Assembly (NCBI RefSeq): GCF_000372725.1
Contig: NW_005201792.1
Span: 1-36,183 of the forward strand
DNA from: Emiliania huxleyi CCMP1516
Lineage: Eukaryota
Length of the DNA stretch: 36,183 nucleotides
Reading direction: 5' to 3'
The notes under the pieces are model-generated. The model had not been told where the DNA came from. It made no database searches and worked only from the letters and a program-made list of their open reading frames with translations. The position numbers and the translations under genes are program-made. Each line of letters starts with the position of its first letter. The first letter of the stretch is position 1. Of the stretch, positions 10,244 through 25,645 are shown piece after piece.

Positions 10244-13200
10244 TCAGGGCATCCGAATGGTCAGAGTCCGCGGCCGCTCACTCCAAGCAGCGGCCCCCAG
10301 GAGATGCCTGCCGAGCAGGTCGAGCTGCGCGACCGCATCGGCGGCGTGCTCGCGCAGCAGCGGGTCCGCGGCGCCGTCGCGCGTCAGCCGCAACTGCGCG
10401 TAGATCTGCCGCAGCTGCGAGGGCGGGAGGACTGCCGCCCCGTCGGTGCCGAGCTGCTGCAGCGTCAAGCCCACGAGGTAGGCGGCGGCGCGCGCCTCGT
10501 CGACGCACGCACGCTCCTCCGCGCTGCCGCCGTCCCCGGGCTCCTCCGTCTCGCGCGCAGGCGCGGCTGCTGGCGCGGCCGATGAGGTGGAAGCGGCCGA
10601 ATCCAGCCTGCGCCGATCGGCCTCTGCGGCGGCGGCCTGGAACAGCGCGTTGTTCCGGTGCGGCTGCAGCGCCGACGTGGCGAGCGTGAGCAGCTCGACT
10701 GCGTACGGATGCAGCGCCTGGTGCATGAATGCGGGGGACCGGGGTTGAGAGTGCGTTATCATGCCGTGTATTCAGAACGGCGCGCGAGGAGGAGAGAGCT
10801 TCGCATACAGTTACAGCGACTACGACGCGGAGCGCGGAGTACAGCCGAATTCCGCGGGCCGCGTGTCGCCTCAAGTCCTGCTCGTTGAAGTCCAGGGACC
10901 TGTTTTCCGCATCTAGGGGTGCAGCGCTAGCCGCAGCGTGGAGGCCGCCGTCGCCAGCGCGGCGAGGCACGAAGCGCGGATAGCGGCGCAATCGTCGCGG
11001 GCACCGGCGAGGAGCGCCGCCATGGCGGCGTCGGCGTGGGGGGGGAGGGTCGCCCCCAAACGGAGCACGGCCTGGCACAGCGCCTGGGCGCCCTTGAGCC
11101 GCCGCTCGGTCGCGGCAGCTGCCCTCGCCTCGCAAGCGGCGGAGGGCCGGCGGCCAAGCTGCGGCTTGCCCTGTGGCAGGAGAAGCTCGGCGAGGCGCGG
11201 CATCACCGTGCGCGGCGAAACCTCGGCCGCCGCGGCGAGCGCGTTGAGGGCCGCCTGGTAGACGAAGGAGTCGTCGTGGGCCAACCGCAGCTTCGCGAGC
11301 TCGAGCAGCTGGCGGCGAGGGGCGGCGGCGGTGAGGGGGAGACCCACGGCAGGGGCGGCGAGCAAGGCGGAGAGGGGTGGATGCGACGGCGGGCGAGAAG
11401 CCCACCTGGGCCGCGGCGCGCGAGCTCAGAGGAAGGTGTCTGGGAAATGTCGAGGAGACAGGAACGCTCCGCGTCTAGCCGGTCAGTGTCTACGAGGAAG
11501 TGTCTGGAAGCGTCACCTCCTCCAACCGGCCAAGCGCCGCCTCCGAACGGCGAAGCAGCGCGTGCCGCACCTAGTGTGAATACTGGGACTTGAGTACGGT
11601 CTCGTGCCATGTGTTCGGCGCATCGCGTGAAGACTACAGCGGCAATACAGCTCGAAGGCAGTCGAATGCCTTCTCGAGCGCCGGCTGGAGACTAGGGCCC
11701 GTCTTCCGCATCTGGGGCCTCGAGATAGGGGGAGATGTTCCGCATCTAGGGCACCGCCACCGCCGCCAGCCCGGCGGCGACGCGGTACGGCTCCGCACGG
11801 CCGACGTCTCGCACCGCCTCTCTTAGCTCCGCCAGCTGCGCGGGCGAGTCCACCTGTGCCCCGGCGGGGATCGGTGGGCCAGGAGCGGTGTGCAAGCCTT
11901 GCGGTGTGCAAGCCTTGCGGTGTGCAAGCCTTGCGGTGTGCAAGCCTTGCGGTGTGCAAGCCTCGCGGGGCGAAGGGCCTGCTGCGGCCAAGGGTCTCGG
12001 AAGTGTCTCGGAAGGGGCTGCTCGGGAGGTGCGAGGTCGTAGTGTGCTGTCAATCTCGGGTGATCTCGGTGTCTTAGGCGACCTGGGGAAGTCTCGGAAG
12101 TGTCTCGGAAGTGTCTCTGAGGGCCTCCACGAGCCCAAGCGGCGGCGGGGTGCGCCCCCGCGGCTCCTCCTCGGCGAGGGACGTGGCGACCAGCAGCGAC
12201 GCGGCGAGGGCGGCGGCGCGAGGCGCCAGCGCTGCAGGCCCCGTGGCGGCGCACTGCTGCAGCGGCCCGAGCAGCCGCTCCCGAAGCCTCCGCTTGAGGG
12301 AGGGATGCTGCTGCGCCGCTTGCAGCAAGCACCCCCCAATCTGGAGGCAGAGGCTCAGGGTGCCACCCCCCTCCTCCTCCGCCTCCGCCTCCTCCTCCTC
12401 GTCGTCGTGATCGTCGCCACCGCCGCCGCCCCTCCCGCTCCCCCTCCTGCCCCCGCTCCCCGCAGCCCCCGCCGAGAGCAGCGACGCAAGCAGCGCCTAC
12501 GGGGCGGCGGGCGGCGGCATGGGACGGTCGCCGACTTGGTGCCCCGCCCCCCGCCCCCCCGCCCCCCGCCCCCCCCCTCCCCCCTCCCCGGCGCGCGCGC
12601 CAGCAGCGACGCGTTCGCGCCCTCCGCCCCGCCGTCCGCCCCGCCGTCCACAGCGCCTGGCTTGGCGACCTTTGAACCGGCCGCCGCCGCCGCCTCGGCC
12701 GCCGCGGCCGCCTCGGCCGCCGCGGCCGCCTCCGCCTCGGCCTCCGCAATCTGCGCGGCCAGCGCCGCGGAGTCTACGTCCTCGAGCAGCGGCGCGAGCA
12801 GCCCCTGAAGCCGGAGCAGCTGCAGCCCCGCCGCGGGCGCCGCGTCGCCGCCGCCCACCACTGCCGCCGCCGCGAGCAGCGCGCGCCGCAGCAGCAGCGC
12901 GACGAGGCTGCAGCCCACGCCTTGCAGCTCCGTCGAGCGGAGCGCACCCCGCGCCGCGCGCCGGAGTGAAGGGGAGGCCAACTCCGGCCCGCCGCCCGCC
13001 GCCGCCTCGCCGCCCGCCTCGCCGCCCGCCTCCTCCGCGAGAAGCGCCGAAGCGAGAGCCGCGGCGGGGGCGCTCGCGCCTCGGAGGAGCGCAGTCAGTG
13101 CCTCGCCCGCCGCCAGCTCCGCCGCCGTCGCGCCAGAGGCGCGCCGCGCCGCGAGCAGCCCGAGGAGCGCCTGCAGCGCGCCTGCTCACGGCCAGACGCG

Positions 13201-14816
13201 TGTCCGTCTTGCGCAAGACAGCGGTACTCCGTCTTTGGGCAGCGGTACTTTGGGCAGCGGTACTCCGCGCGCGCCCGGAGGAACACGGGGCATGTGCATG
13301 TGCATGTGCTGTGCTCGGCTGCCTCTCAGCTGCATCTCGGCTGCCTCTCGGCTATCTCTTGGCTGCATCTCGGCTGGCCTCGGCTAGTTCTTGGCCAAGT
13401 CTCGGCTGGATCTCGCCCTCGCGCACGAGGCAGTCGCACAAACGGGTCGGCGCCGGCGCGGCGCAGAGCAGCGAATGCAGCCGCCGGCCTGCAACGCGGC
13501 GGGACTCCTCGCACGTGGGCAGAAGCGGCGTGGACGACAGAGGCGGCGGCGGCGGCGGCAGGGGCGGCAGCAAGGGCGCAAGCAAGGGCGCGAGGAGGTT
13601 GGCTCTGGCGAGCTCCGCCTCCCTCGCCACGAGAGCCGCCGCGAGCTGCGCCGCCGCACTGCGCAGATACTGCGCCGTCTCGGCCGCCTCGCCGCCGCCG
13701 CCGCCCTCGCCGCCAACACCATCGCCGCCAACGCAGCCGCTGCGGTTGCTGTCATCGCCGCCGCCGCCGCCGTCCGCCGCCGCTGCGTCGAGGAGGGCGA
13801 GGACCTGTGAACGAGAGAATCGGCTGAGGCGTCTGCGAGGCGCATCCGAGAGATGGCCTCCCGAGGGTCGGAGTGGGAAGGGGCACCTGGCAGCACATGC
13901 CGCGGTAGTAGTCGGCCAGCGGCGTGCTCCGCGGCGGCGTCGAGAGCAGCCGGCTCGCGATGGCCGCCGGCGGCGGCGCGCCGCACTCCCCCCCCTCCCG
14001 CGCCGCCCCCTCGCGCAGGCAGAGCAGCAGCGCCTGCGCGCCGCCCTCGCGGAGTACCGCTTGGGAGAGGAGGGCCGCCGTCGCCCTGCGCAGCTCGGCC
14101 GCCGCCCCTTGCCCCGCCCGGCCCGCCGCCGCATGCCCCGCCGCCGCATGCCCCGCCTGGCCCGCCGCCGCATGCCCCGCCGCCTGGCCCGCCGCCTGCC
14201 CCACCGCCTTGCCTTGCCCCGCCGCCACATCCCCCGCCGCGCCGTCCCTCGCGCGCAGCACCGCCAGCAGCGCCTCGAGCAGCGGCAGCGGCGCCTCGCG
14301 CTCGAGCAGCTCCGCGAGCCGCTCGCGCGCCCAGTCGGAGGCGGCGCGCGGCTCGCTGCCGAGGCGGCCCGCCGCGCCGGACGCTGCCGCCCCCGCCGCC
14401 TCCTGTGCGGAGGCGACGGCCTCAGGGCCACCCGTGCGGCTCCTGGCGTGGAAGCTGCCGCTAGAGCCGGCAATCGTGATGAGTGCGCCGAGCTCCTCTG
14501 CCAGGTGGCGGTGGTGGAGCATGGTCCGAAAGGGCGGCTTCGACCAGACGAGCGCGAGTAGCCGCAGACAGCGGGAGGTCACCTCGTTCTCGCTGGCCGG
14601 CGCCGCGACGAAGAGCAGCCGCCCGTCCGCGGCACGGGCGAGCGGCCGGAGGTTGCTCCGCACGAGCTCGCCCAGCGCGCGCGTGGCGGCCTGGAGGTCG
14701 GCCACGCCGACCGGCGCCGACGCGTCGCCGCTCACAAGCGAACGGACCTGCGCCTCGGCAGCTGTGGCGGTGGGAAATGTCGGCGCCTCGGCAGCATTGG
14801 CGGTGGGAAATGGCAT
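10244..14816 (-). CDS. TANGO6: Transport and Golgi organization 6 / RTP1 homolog (multi-exon, exon boundaries not fully resolved)
   Basis: Exon peptides PPRSTPLADYYRGMCCQV, LAHDDSFVYQAALNALAA, RLKGAQALCQAVLRLGATLP, ARDDCAAIRASCLAALA, RAAAYLVGLTLQQLG and LRQIYAQL..DPLLREHA match the RTP1/TANGO6 ARM-like motifs in the expected order. Confidence 0.8.
11888..11963. repeat. 16-nt tandem repeat (gtgtgcaagccttgcg) x~4.5, intronic
   Basis: Directly visible; lies between TANGO6 exons. A gtctcggaagt 11-mer recurs at about 11993-12117. Confidence 0.9.
13314..13415. repeat. Degenerate 11-nt tandem repeat (ctcggctgcat-like), intronic
   Basis: ctcggctgcct ctcagctgcat ctcggctgcct ctcggctatct... inside a TANGO6 intron. 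Confidence 0.8.
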
Positions 14817-14950
14817 GCGAGGCGTGCCCGTGACCGAGTTCAGGGGCGCGGGCCTGCCGTCCCTCCCATGTTGCGTCGGATTTTTCTTTCTTTTTTTAGA
14901 GGGGCGTGAAGTTAAGGTTGCTCCCGGCCCAGTGGGGATTTTGGCCTACT

Positions 14951-15262
14951 CAGTGACCGTCTAAGGGGCGCTAACTGGCTGCAATTCCATATCTTTTGTG
15001 CATAGCTTGTAGAGCACCTTAAAAAACTAGTAGTCTTGGAGTGTCGAGTGAAAAGTTTTTCGATGAGGTGGGGGTCCGTGGTGAGCAGATTCCCAGATTC
15101 TCCAGATTCCCCCTCGAGAACCTCCAATTTTAATTCATTGCGGCCGCGGGTTTGCTCGGATTACTTTTCACTCCAAGACATACTAGTTTTTTGGCGTTCC
15201 GGTGCCTACAAAAAATATCCGAGATCATATGGAGCTTACCACAGGGTTTGCGGCGGTCACTG
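14951..15262. mobile_element. Foldback / MITE-like element
   Basis: Terminal cagtgaccg (14951) / cggtcactg (15262), plus nested inverted blocks tccatat/atatgga, ttgtagagcacc/ggtgcctacaa and aaaaaactagta-gtcttggagtg / cactccaagacatactagtttttt; AT-rich. No perfect TSD. Confidence 0.7.
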
Positions 15263-17128
15263 TCCTACCAGCGGACACAGTGGGCCGCGGACACCCGTGA
15301 ATGACCTTAAGGGGAAACCCGGTACACGGTCACGGAGCCAACCCTTGACGTCGTCGATGTTGTGCGGAGTGAAGACGGTCGCCACGTCGTCAACCGTCAG
15401 CGGCGGGAGGCACATGGACTGCGACGTGCCATGCTCTCCCTCGTAGATGAAGCAGGTGACAAATAGGCCCCGCATGCCCCACTCTGTGCGGTTTGCCATG
15501 AAGTAGCCGACGTCCTTGTCGCACGCGCCCTCGGGCAGCGCGAAGCCCGTGTCGGTGCACTTGAGCCGGAGCAGCCCGTCCTTGTTTTGCGGGTCGTCCC
15601 CCTGCTTCTTGCACTCCGCGAGGTCCTTGCACGTGCCCCACGAGCGCGGGCTGTGCGGGTTCGGGCACGACAGCGGCTCGTCGTTCGCGCCGTCGAGATC
15701 CTTGTTATAGTACCTGGGTCACGGGCGGGGCCGCGATCGGGCGACCCCGTTTCCTCTCCCTGTCTGCGGGGCAGGCGCGGGCGGTGCTCGGGCTAGATCC
15801 GGCGACGGCACCTTGCGGTGTGGGAGCCGCGGGTGCCCTGCCCGTGAGCGATGCCGAGGCCGTCCTTCCAGGTGTTGCGGAGAATGAAGCCGCCCGTATT
15901 GCCAAACTCGTCGCGATAGTAGTCGTTGTAGCCGACGATGTTCACGGCATGGCCGCCGACGTCGAAGAGCGGCTCGCCGGGAACGGTGTACCACTCGCCG
16001 TTCATCGTCACCATGGCCTTCTTGGCGAGCACGCAGCACTCGACGCCCTTGTAGACGCGCTCAAGCGGGCAGCCCACGCACGACGTCGGCACCGCCAGCG
16101 TCTTCTTCGCCTTCTCGACAAACTCGAGCACGGTCGGCGCCTTGGGGTCGCAGCCGTACCGCTCGTCGCACGGCTGGTAAAAGGGCGCGTCGATCTCCTG
16201 CATGCCGAGGCTGAGTGGGTTGCCCCCACGCACGAGCGCCGCCTTCATGCTCATGCGATCGTAAAAGTGCTTCATCCCGTTCACCTTGAAGCGCAGCGGG
16301 TTGACCTCCTGATACCGCGAGAGGCCGTCGCACTCGCGCTCCTTCTCCGCCCCCTCCGTGTACGAGTAGGGACACATCGAGTCCGGAACCGCACCTACGA
16401 GGTCGTTTTGGAGGCTACCGTCGAGAGTCGAGGCTGAGGCTCCGGTGTGGGCCTTGCGCTGATGCCTGTACGGCCGAGGCCCGGCAGATAGCGGAAGACG
16501 TGCTCGTCCCCGCCGTCGTCACCCTCGACCGTCTCAGCCATGACGAGGCCGACGCCCTCAATCTTGTTGGTCGGGCATCCCTCTGTCGGGTGCTTCTTGC
16601 ACTCGTCCATCAGCGCGATACCAAGAGCCTGCCTCGACAGGCGAAGGAACGTGGACCCGTTGAGCCAGCCCTTGGCGACGCCGTACTGCACGTAGGACGA
16701 CTCGAGGATCCCGGCAGTCGCGAAGAGGTAGCAGTCGCCACGGAGACCCTGGTCGGAGGAGGGTGTCACGTAATCGACAAGGTACTTTGAAGGCAGATCC
16801 GACGGCAGCGCGTTGAGCGAGATAGTGGCAACAGGTGGCGGCTGCTCAGCGCGGAGAGCGAGGTCGCCGCTCGCGACAAGCACCGACGAAATATCGCGCT
16901 GAGCGGCGAAGAGCTCCTACGGCCAAACCACGCAGCGTCAAGGCATGTGCAGCGCGCACACACAGGCCCGCGCCGCGCCGTCACGGGCGCCTGCTGTTGC
17001 TGCAGCAAACGAGCCTGCATGGAGACCAGCCCAACCAGTGAGAATAGCAGGGCGGCGGCGACTGCCCCCTGCGCGAAGCGCGAGCCGCGCGATTGCGGGC
17101 CGAACTGCACGTACGGCGCAGGGTCCAT
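15257..17128 (-). CDS. Papain-family (C1) cysteine protease with N-terminal membrane anchor, multi-exon
   Basis: DQGLRGDCYLFATAGILES (oxyanion Gln and catalytic Cys), GGHAVNIVGYND (His), GGFILRNTW (Asn); N-terminal hydrophobic AVAAALLFSLVGLVSM. The 3' end is uncertain. Confidence 0.85.
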
Positions 17129-17576
17129 TGCGCGCGACCGTCAAACGGTATGTCCCGAGGGGCGAGGCGTGCGGTGCCGGTGCCTCCGAGTTTCGGCTTT
17201 GGTTGGGTGGCCCCAGTGATGAACACCACACGCTCAGGACCGCACAAGACCCTCCGGTGATGCGTGGCGCGTGGGGATCGAGGATCGTTGTGTCCCTTTC
17301 ACGGGTAAAAAATGATGAGAGATCTATGTGCCGCGTGCAATAGACCGCGAGCGACGCGCGACACCCGGAACACATGTGGGAGCGAGCGCCGCCGTTAGCG
17401 GTTAGGCGATGGGCATTAGAGGAGATAGAATCAAGATAAGAGGGGAGACAGAGCGAGGCAGCGCAGACGGGCCGAGAACCGTAGGGCCAGCGAGGCGACC
17501 CCGCGCATGGCGGAGAGACCCCGCCCGCCGCCCAGCCGAGTATGCTGTGTATGGCAGCACGAGGAAGCGGGGGGTC

Positions 17577-20448
<2,872 letters not shown>

Positions 20449-21364
20449 TCACATCCAGGGCCGGGGAGCTAAGACGGGTTCATTTCTTTCTCTTTCGCAG
20501 CGATTTTTACTTGTTTTAATAATGGGAATTCGGCGTATTGCGCGTGGATTGCGGCCATACTATCACGCCTTGCGACAGCCTGTCGGCGCTGCTGATCCAC
20601 AATTGATCACCTGCATAGCTCGCGGCCTTAGAGCTTAGTATCCAGCATTCAGTGACGACCTGATCGTACGGCCACACACTGGGCAAATCGGCCGATTTCC
20701 AACCCGCTAAATCATCACGGCCCCGTAACACCCTCCGCGCGCGGTCAAAGGCTTCCCAGGGCCGGTCCATGACATGAACCGATAGACACAAGCAAAAAAA
20801 CTCGCACATCTAAGCTTCTCGGGCACCCCGAGGCCCATACGGCGCCCCGGCGGGCCCCGGCGGAGGTCCGGCGCGGCGCTCCAAATCCGCACTTCGCGAG
20901 CTTCTACGGGCGTTCACGCGGCCTCTCCGCCTCGTGAGGCACACCCCACACCCACCACGAGTCCTGGGGCCGTGGGCGGACCTTTGGCCACGGCGTCCGG
21001 AGCTTTGGTCGTCGAACATCGGCCGCCAACTAGGCCGTCGAGCGAACGTGTCCGGAGAGGCTCTCGGATGGGTCCGGCAGCGGTCCCATGGACCCAGAAG
21101 CTCGCCCCGGCGGAGCACTCACGGCTCGGCCCCCGCCCCTGGTCACCCAGACGTGCCCTTGGACAGGCGTAGGGGCTCGGATGACGACGTTGGCGCCCGC
21201 GACGACGCCCTCCCCGACGACGTCGCATCTGGCACGAGACTACTCGCGTACTCGGGCGCGGCGGCGCGGATGATCACATGGTTTGGGACTCTGAGCGATG
21301 GCAGAGGCCTTTTACTGCAAACGAGGACGCCCCGCGAGGCCCCGTCGGCCGGGAGTGGTGAGTG

Positions 21365-21810
21365 GGACCAAGCGGCACGCGGTCCCGTTGCACGTGAACC
21401 AGTGGCAGGTGTCGCACGGCATCACCGCAGAGCAAGGGCGGTACGCCTACATTGCCGATCTGATGGAGATCGCGAGGGGGCTCGACATTGGCTGGACGTG
21501 GTGGACGTTTCTCGGTGGCGGGTACGCCGGCGAGCCCTGGAAGTACGGCGCCTCCAACATCATATTCAAGTGCGAGGCGGGGGCAGCCTGCCCGGACGGG
21601 ACGGCGGGACGCGAGTATAGCCTGCCCGGCGAGGCATCCGTGGCGGTGCACGTAGTCGCCGACGAGCCAGTGCTGGAGGCGTTCGAATCGGTCGACGCCT
21701 TTGGCGTGTCCGGTGCTGGGGAAGCGCCGCTGCCCCCGGCCGTCGCTCCGCCGCTGGCGCGTCAGCCGACGCCGCCGCCGAGGACACCGCTACCCTCCAC
21801 GAGGCTGTAA
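21365..21810 (+). pseudogene. Glycoside hydrolase family 5-like C-terminal fragment
   Basis: KRHAVPLHVNQWQV...RYAYIADLMEIARGLDIGWTWWTF resembles GH5 strands 7-8 (VP..xE(F/W)G ... GIGW..W). No N-terminal part of the barrel was recognisable upstream. Confidence 0.5.
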
Positions 21811-22154
21811 GCACTCTTCCGCCTCGACCGGTGGGTGTGTGGTGCAGTATCTCGAGCGCAGTATGGAGAGTTGAAAGGAAAGGAGTAACGTTCTCCGGCG
21901 CGTCATGTACAGGGGCGAGGGTTGCCTAACGTTAGGAGCTGAACAGTGTTGCTAGTGTTAACAGTAACAACAGAACAACAGTGGGGCTCCCCAACAACAG
22001 TAGCTAACGTTAGACCGACTGAACAACAGTAAGGAAGGCCTGGCAGTGACCCACGACGATCTCTAGTGTCCAGTGCGGGTAATACCCGATAATACCCCCG
22101 GAAACCCCCAAGTATTTTCGGGTACTAGCAGGTTGGCTCGCTAGTCGCTCGCCG

Positions 22155-22183
22155 GGCCCGCGCGGCACGCGCGGGCCTTTTTT
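22155..22183 (+). terminator. Perfect 10-bp GC hairpin followed by T6 (terminator-like)
   Basis: ggcccgcgcg-gca-cgcgcgggcc-tttttt; function unproven in a eukaryotic context. Confidence 0.35.
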
Positions 22184-22347
22184 GTGGTTGATAAAGGTGG
22201 CACCTTCGACATTGCACTTGGAGCACTTGGAGTGCCGATTGCGTTTCTTTTCTTTATCGGAGAGAGAGTTGTATTGTCTAAAAATTCTTTATGCTGTCCT
22301 CCTATTTTTACTATTTAGGATTCCTAAGCTTAAAGGCCCGCTAAACG

Positions 22348-22841
22348 CGCGAGGCGGTGGCGGCGGTGGTGCGGGGGATTGGCAGGGGAGGCGGCGGGAT
22401 TGACAGGGGATGGGGCGGCCACGAGCGGAGCGGCGGCGAGAGGGGGGGCGGCGGCGAGGGCGCGAGGCGCCAACGAGCGAGGAGCCCGCGCCATCAGAGG
22501 GACGCGCCGCTGCGAGATGGAGGGCGGCGGTGACGGAGGCAAGGCGCGAGGCGGCGGCGGCGGCGGCGGCGGCGGCGGAGGCGGCGGCGGCGGCGGCGGC
22601 GGCGAGAACGGCGGCACCGAGTTGTCTCGGTGAGCGGAGCGGCGGCAGGAGGAGGAGCAGCTCGCTGTTGAGCGCTTTTGAGCCTGGGATCCCATGTCAC
22701 TGCGACCGGCGTGCCCGGGAACAGAGATCGCGCGCGCGCCGCCACTCACGACGCGCGCGCGATCTTCGCGGAGTCGGGTCCCCAGAGGGAAGCGGTCTTC
22801 TCGGCCGACGTCCAGCGGCGCGCAAGGAAGCAGGCGCAGCG
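22348..22841 (-). repeat. Dispersed ~450-bp repeat, copy 2 (inverted relative to 2808-3260)
   Basis: Both copies translate to LRLLPCAPLDVGR(K/E)DRFPLGT(Q/R)LREDRARVV; this copy has a longer GGC tract. Confidence 0.85.
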
Positions 22842-23690
22842 GTGCACCGCGGCGCGTTGATTCGCGACCACCGTCGGCCGCGGACGGCGGCGGCGTGGCG
22901 GCCGCGGGCGCTCGCGAGACGCGCCGCTCTGCTCTGGTACGGTTCGTTCGACTCGTTGTGCCGCCACACGCCCGGCGGCCGCGGGTCCCAGAAGTGGTTG
23001 CGCGGGCCTCTTCCTTGCGGCCGCGGGACGGCGTCGGGCACGAAATGGGAAATATATCTCTTTGATTACCCGGATTTTTTGCCATTTTCTGCTTGCTGGC
23101 CGCTGAACAGCCGGCATCGTCGCTCCTGACGGCGCCATCCGTGTCTCCTGGCGGAGGCATCGCGTTTCGGGCCACAACGGACTGCGCGCTCTGCATTTCG
23201 GAGGACCACCAAAACTCGCTGTGCACCCAGGTGCAGGTGCAGGTGCAACAAGTTTGCGCCCGGCCCTCTAGCGCCGCGCGCTGGCCCCGGCTGCGTCCCC
23301 GCGCGGCCTGCCCGATGGCGTGGTGCCCGCCCTCCACCCAAGCTCGCGGCACCGCATAGCGGACGCGCGAGGTACCGTCATCACAACAGCGGCGCGGCGA
23401 GACAACTCGGCGCGTCTCTCAAGGGTGAGAACCTCTTATCACCATCGGCATCTGTCCGTCGTCATCTGCGTTTGCATCATGGCTGATTGGCGAGCGTCAC
23501 GACATAATCGCCATCATCCTCATGCCCAACTTGCGCGTAGGGAGGAGGAGGCTGCGCTGCGCAAGCACGGGCGGGAGGGGTTTCTCCTGCGGAGTCGTGC
23601 GTGCGCGGGGCTCCTCTTTGCGAATACTCCCTACATACATCTCGTACCGGTTCTACCAGAGAAGGTTGCTTCCCCCAGGATTAGTCTTCT

Positions 23691-23950
23691 CTACTGAGGG
23701 GACGAACTAAGGGCGGCCTGGGCGGGGCTGCGGCCGGAGCTAGCATGGCTCGTCAGGTGGTGGCTGACATAGATGGTGCAAGGCTTGTCCATGGTGGAGG
23801 TGCCATGGTGGTCGACGCTGTCATGTCGCTGGTGGTGTCGGCCTCGGCGATGCAGTAGTCGAGGCCGTGCTTCCCGGAGGGGAAGCCATACGCGATAGCG
23901 GTCACGCCATAGCTCGCGCATAGGAGCAGGAAGCTAGGCAGGGGCCGCAT
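23691..23950 (-). pseudogene. Possible small secreted protein remnant
   Basis: MRPLPSFLLLCASYGVTAIAYGF looks like a signal peptide; the frame stops at 23753, with a possible continuation (MDKPCTIYVSHH) in another frame. Confidence 0.3.
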
Positions 23951-24402
23951 CGCGATCGCTGAGCTGTAACAAGTTTGACCCAAAACAAGAACACAAGTTT
24001 GGCTCTACTAATATAGCGCGCGGATAAGGCGCGCGCGCCGCCGCCGCCGCCGCGGTGGCGGCGAAATATAATATTATCTCAGAGGAATATAGTGTGAATG
24101 CCCGGGAACACCATGATGGGGGGCGGGGCCCGCGCAGGGGACCTCTAGTCACACAAATAAAGCTGCTCCCGCGCCGTTTCTGTCCGCCGCGGAAGTTTTG
24201 CAGGCACTTGCTCGGGCGATTGCATGGCGTCCCGTGCACGCCCATCGACGATCAACGTCCCACCCTTGCCGGAGAAGCTGCGGCACGCTCCTCAATCACG
24301 GGAGGTTGGGCCAGGCAAGCGCTACGCGAACAACACTGCGTTTGAAGCCGACCGCGCTGCGTGGGAGGAAGGAGGAGCGCAGGCAGGAGGCGCAGGCTGC
24401 TG

Positions 24403-25645
24403 ATGGCAGAGCGCGAGCGCGCGCAGAAGCAGGTCCGCGAGACGAGGCGAGAGCGGCAGCGGCCGGTCGATGACAGTGAGCGGCGGGTGCGACAGAGGCA
24501 GCAGCAGAGAGGCAAGTCGAGGGTGGAGTCTGTCGGGACTCCGACAATCCCAATGTTCTTCCGGCTTGCCAACCTCACCTGGCTGGTCCAGCGGCATGCC
24601 GTACCCAAGAAGGAGGACGAGGAGCGCCTCTGGAGCGCGTGGGAGGAGCTCTCGGGAGACAGCCGCCCCCCTCACCCTGCGTTCACTACACTCGGCGGCG
24701 AGTCGCGCTCACGAAGCTCGGCGGCAAAATTCCGATCGATATGCAACAGGTTCGGTCGGAGAAAGAGCATTACAGAGCTGAAGCAGGCCGGTGTCAAGGA
24801 CGAAGACCTTGAGCTGCATTGGGTCGATTCCGTCTACATAGGCGCGCCTTCCCGCGAAAGACATAGGGGAGTGTGCCTCTACCTCGATGACGACGAGAAC
24901 GGCATGCCGGCGTCCGTCTCCTGCTATGATGGAGGATGGAACTGGGATGGAACGACGCACTGGTTCGAGGGAGAGGGATTTGTCAAGTTCAGCAACGGGG
25001 ACCACAGCGTTGGAATTTGGCACAAGTTCCAGCTGATGGAGGGATTTCATGTCGAAGGTCCGCGCAAGTTGGAAGTGGTGAGGAGCAGGACGGCGATGGG
25101 CTACATTCAGAAGGGCCAGCCAGGTATGGCAAACCTGGTGGATCGTGAGTGGGGCTGTGCCAACGAGCATGAAAGCATGGAACTTTGGGCAGAAGCAGTT
25201 GGGCGAATGCCGGACAGCGGCGACAGCGACTTCACTGACGATCTACTGCTTGACTGGCGCGCAAGCAAACACGGACTATCAAGCATACTGCCACCAACAA
25301 CGGAAGTTCACCATGTCACTGTGGTGCGTGTCACAAGACATATACACGAGGTTGACTGAGGACGAGATTCGAACAAACAACATCACTTGCGAGGGGTTCC
25401 AACAAATACCATATGATTATCACTACGACGCACACTATTTCAACCTTTGCCGCACTCACAAGCGAGCATCAGAGCTGAGAGCAATGGAAGCCAAGGTTGA
25501 GCGTGTGCAGCAGGAGCTTCTCGATATGGCCCGGGCCCGATATCGACCAGACGCCGTCGCAGCAGGAGCTCGAGAGGAGGCAGGCGTCGATACAGCGAGC
25601 GCTCGATCGGTGCAGCTCTCCTACCTCGCGTGCGTTGATGGCTGA
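24403..25645 (+). CDS. Hypothetical protein with a MORN-like motif; probably frameshifted near 25330
   Basis: Intronless, lower-GC, compositionally complex ORF 24403-25359 containing YDGGWNWDGTTHWFEGEGFVKFSNGDHSVGIW; a protein-like overlapping ORF continues to 25645. Confidence 0.55.

Noticed and set aside
12519..14561. 680-aa plus-strand ORF and other long Arg/Pro-rich ORFs
   Set aside because: Antisense to TANGO6; stop-poor because of extreme GC, with no domain signal.
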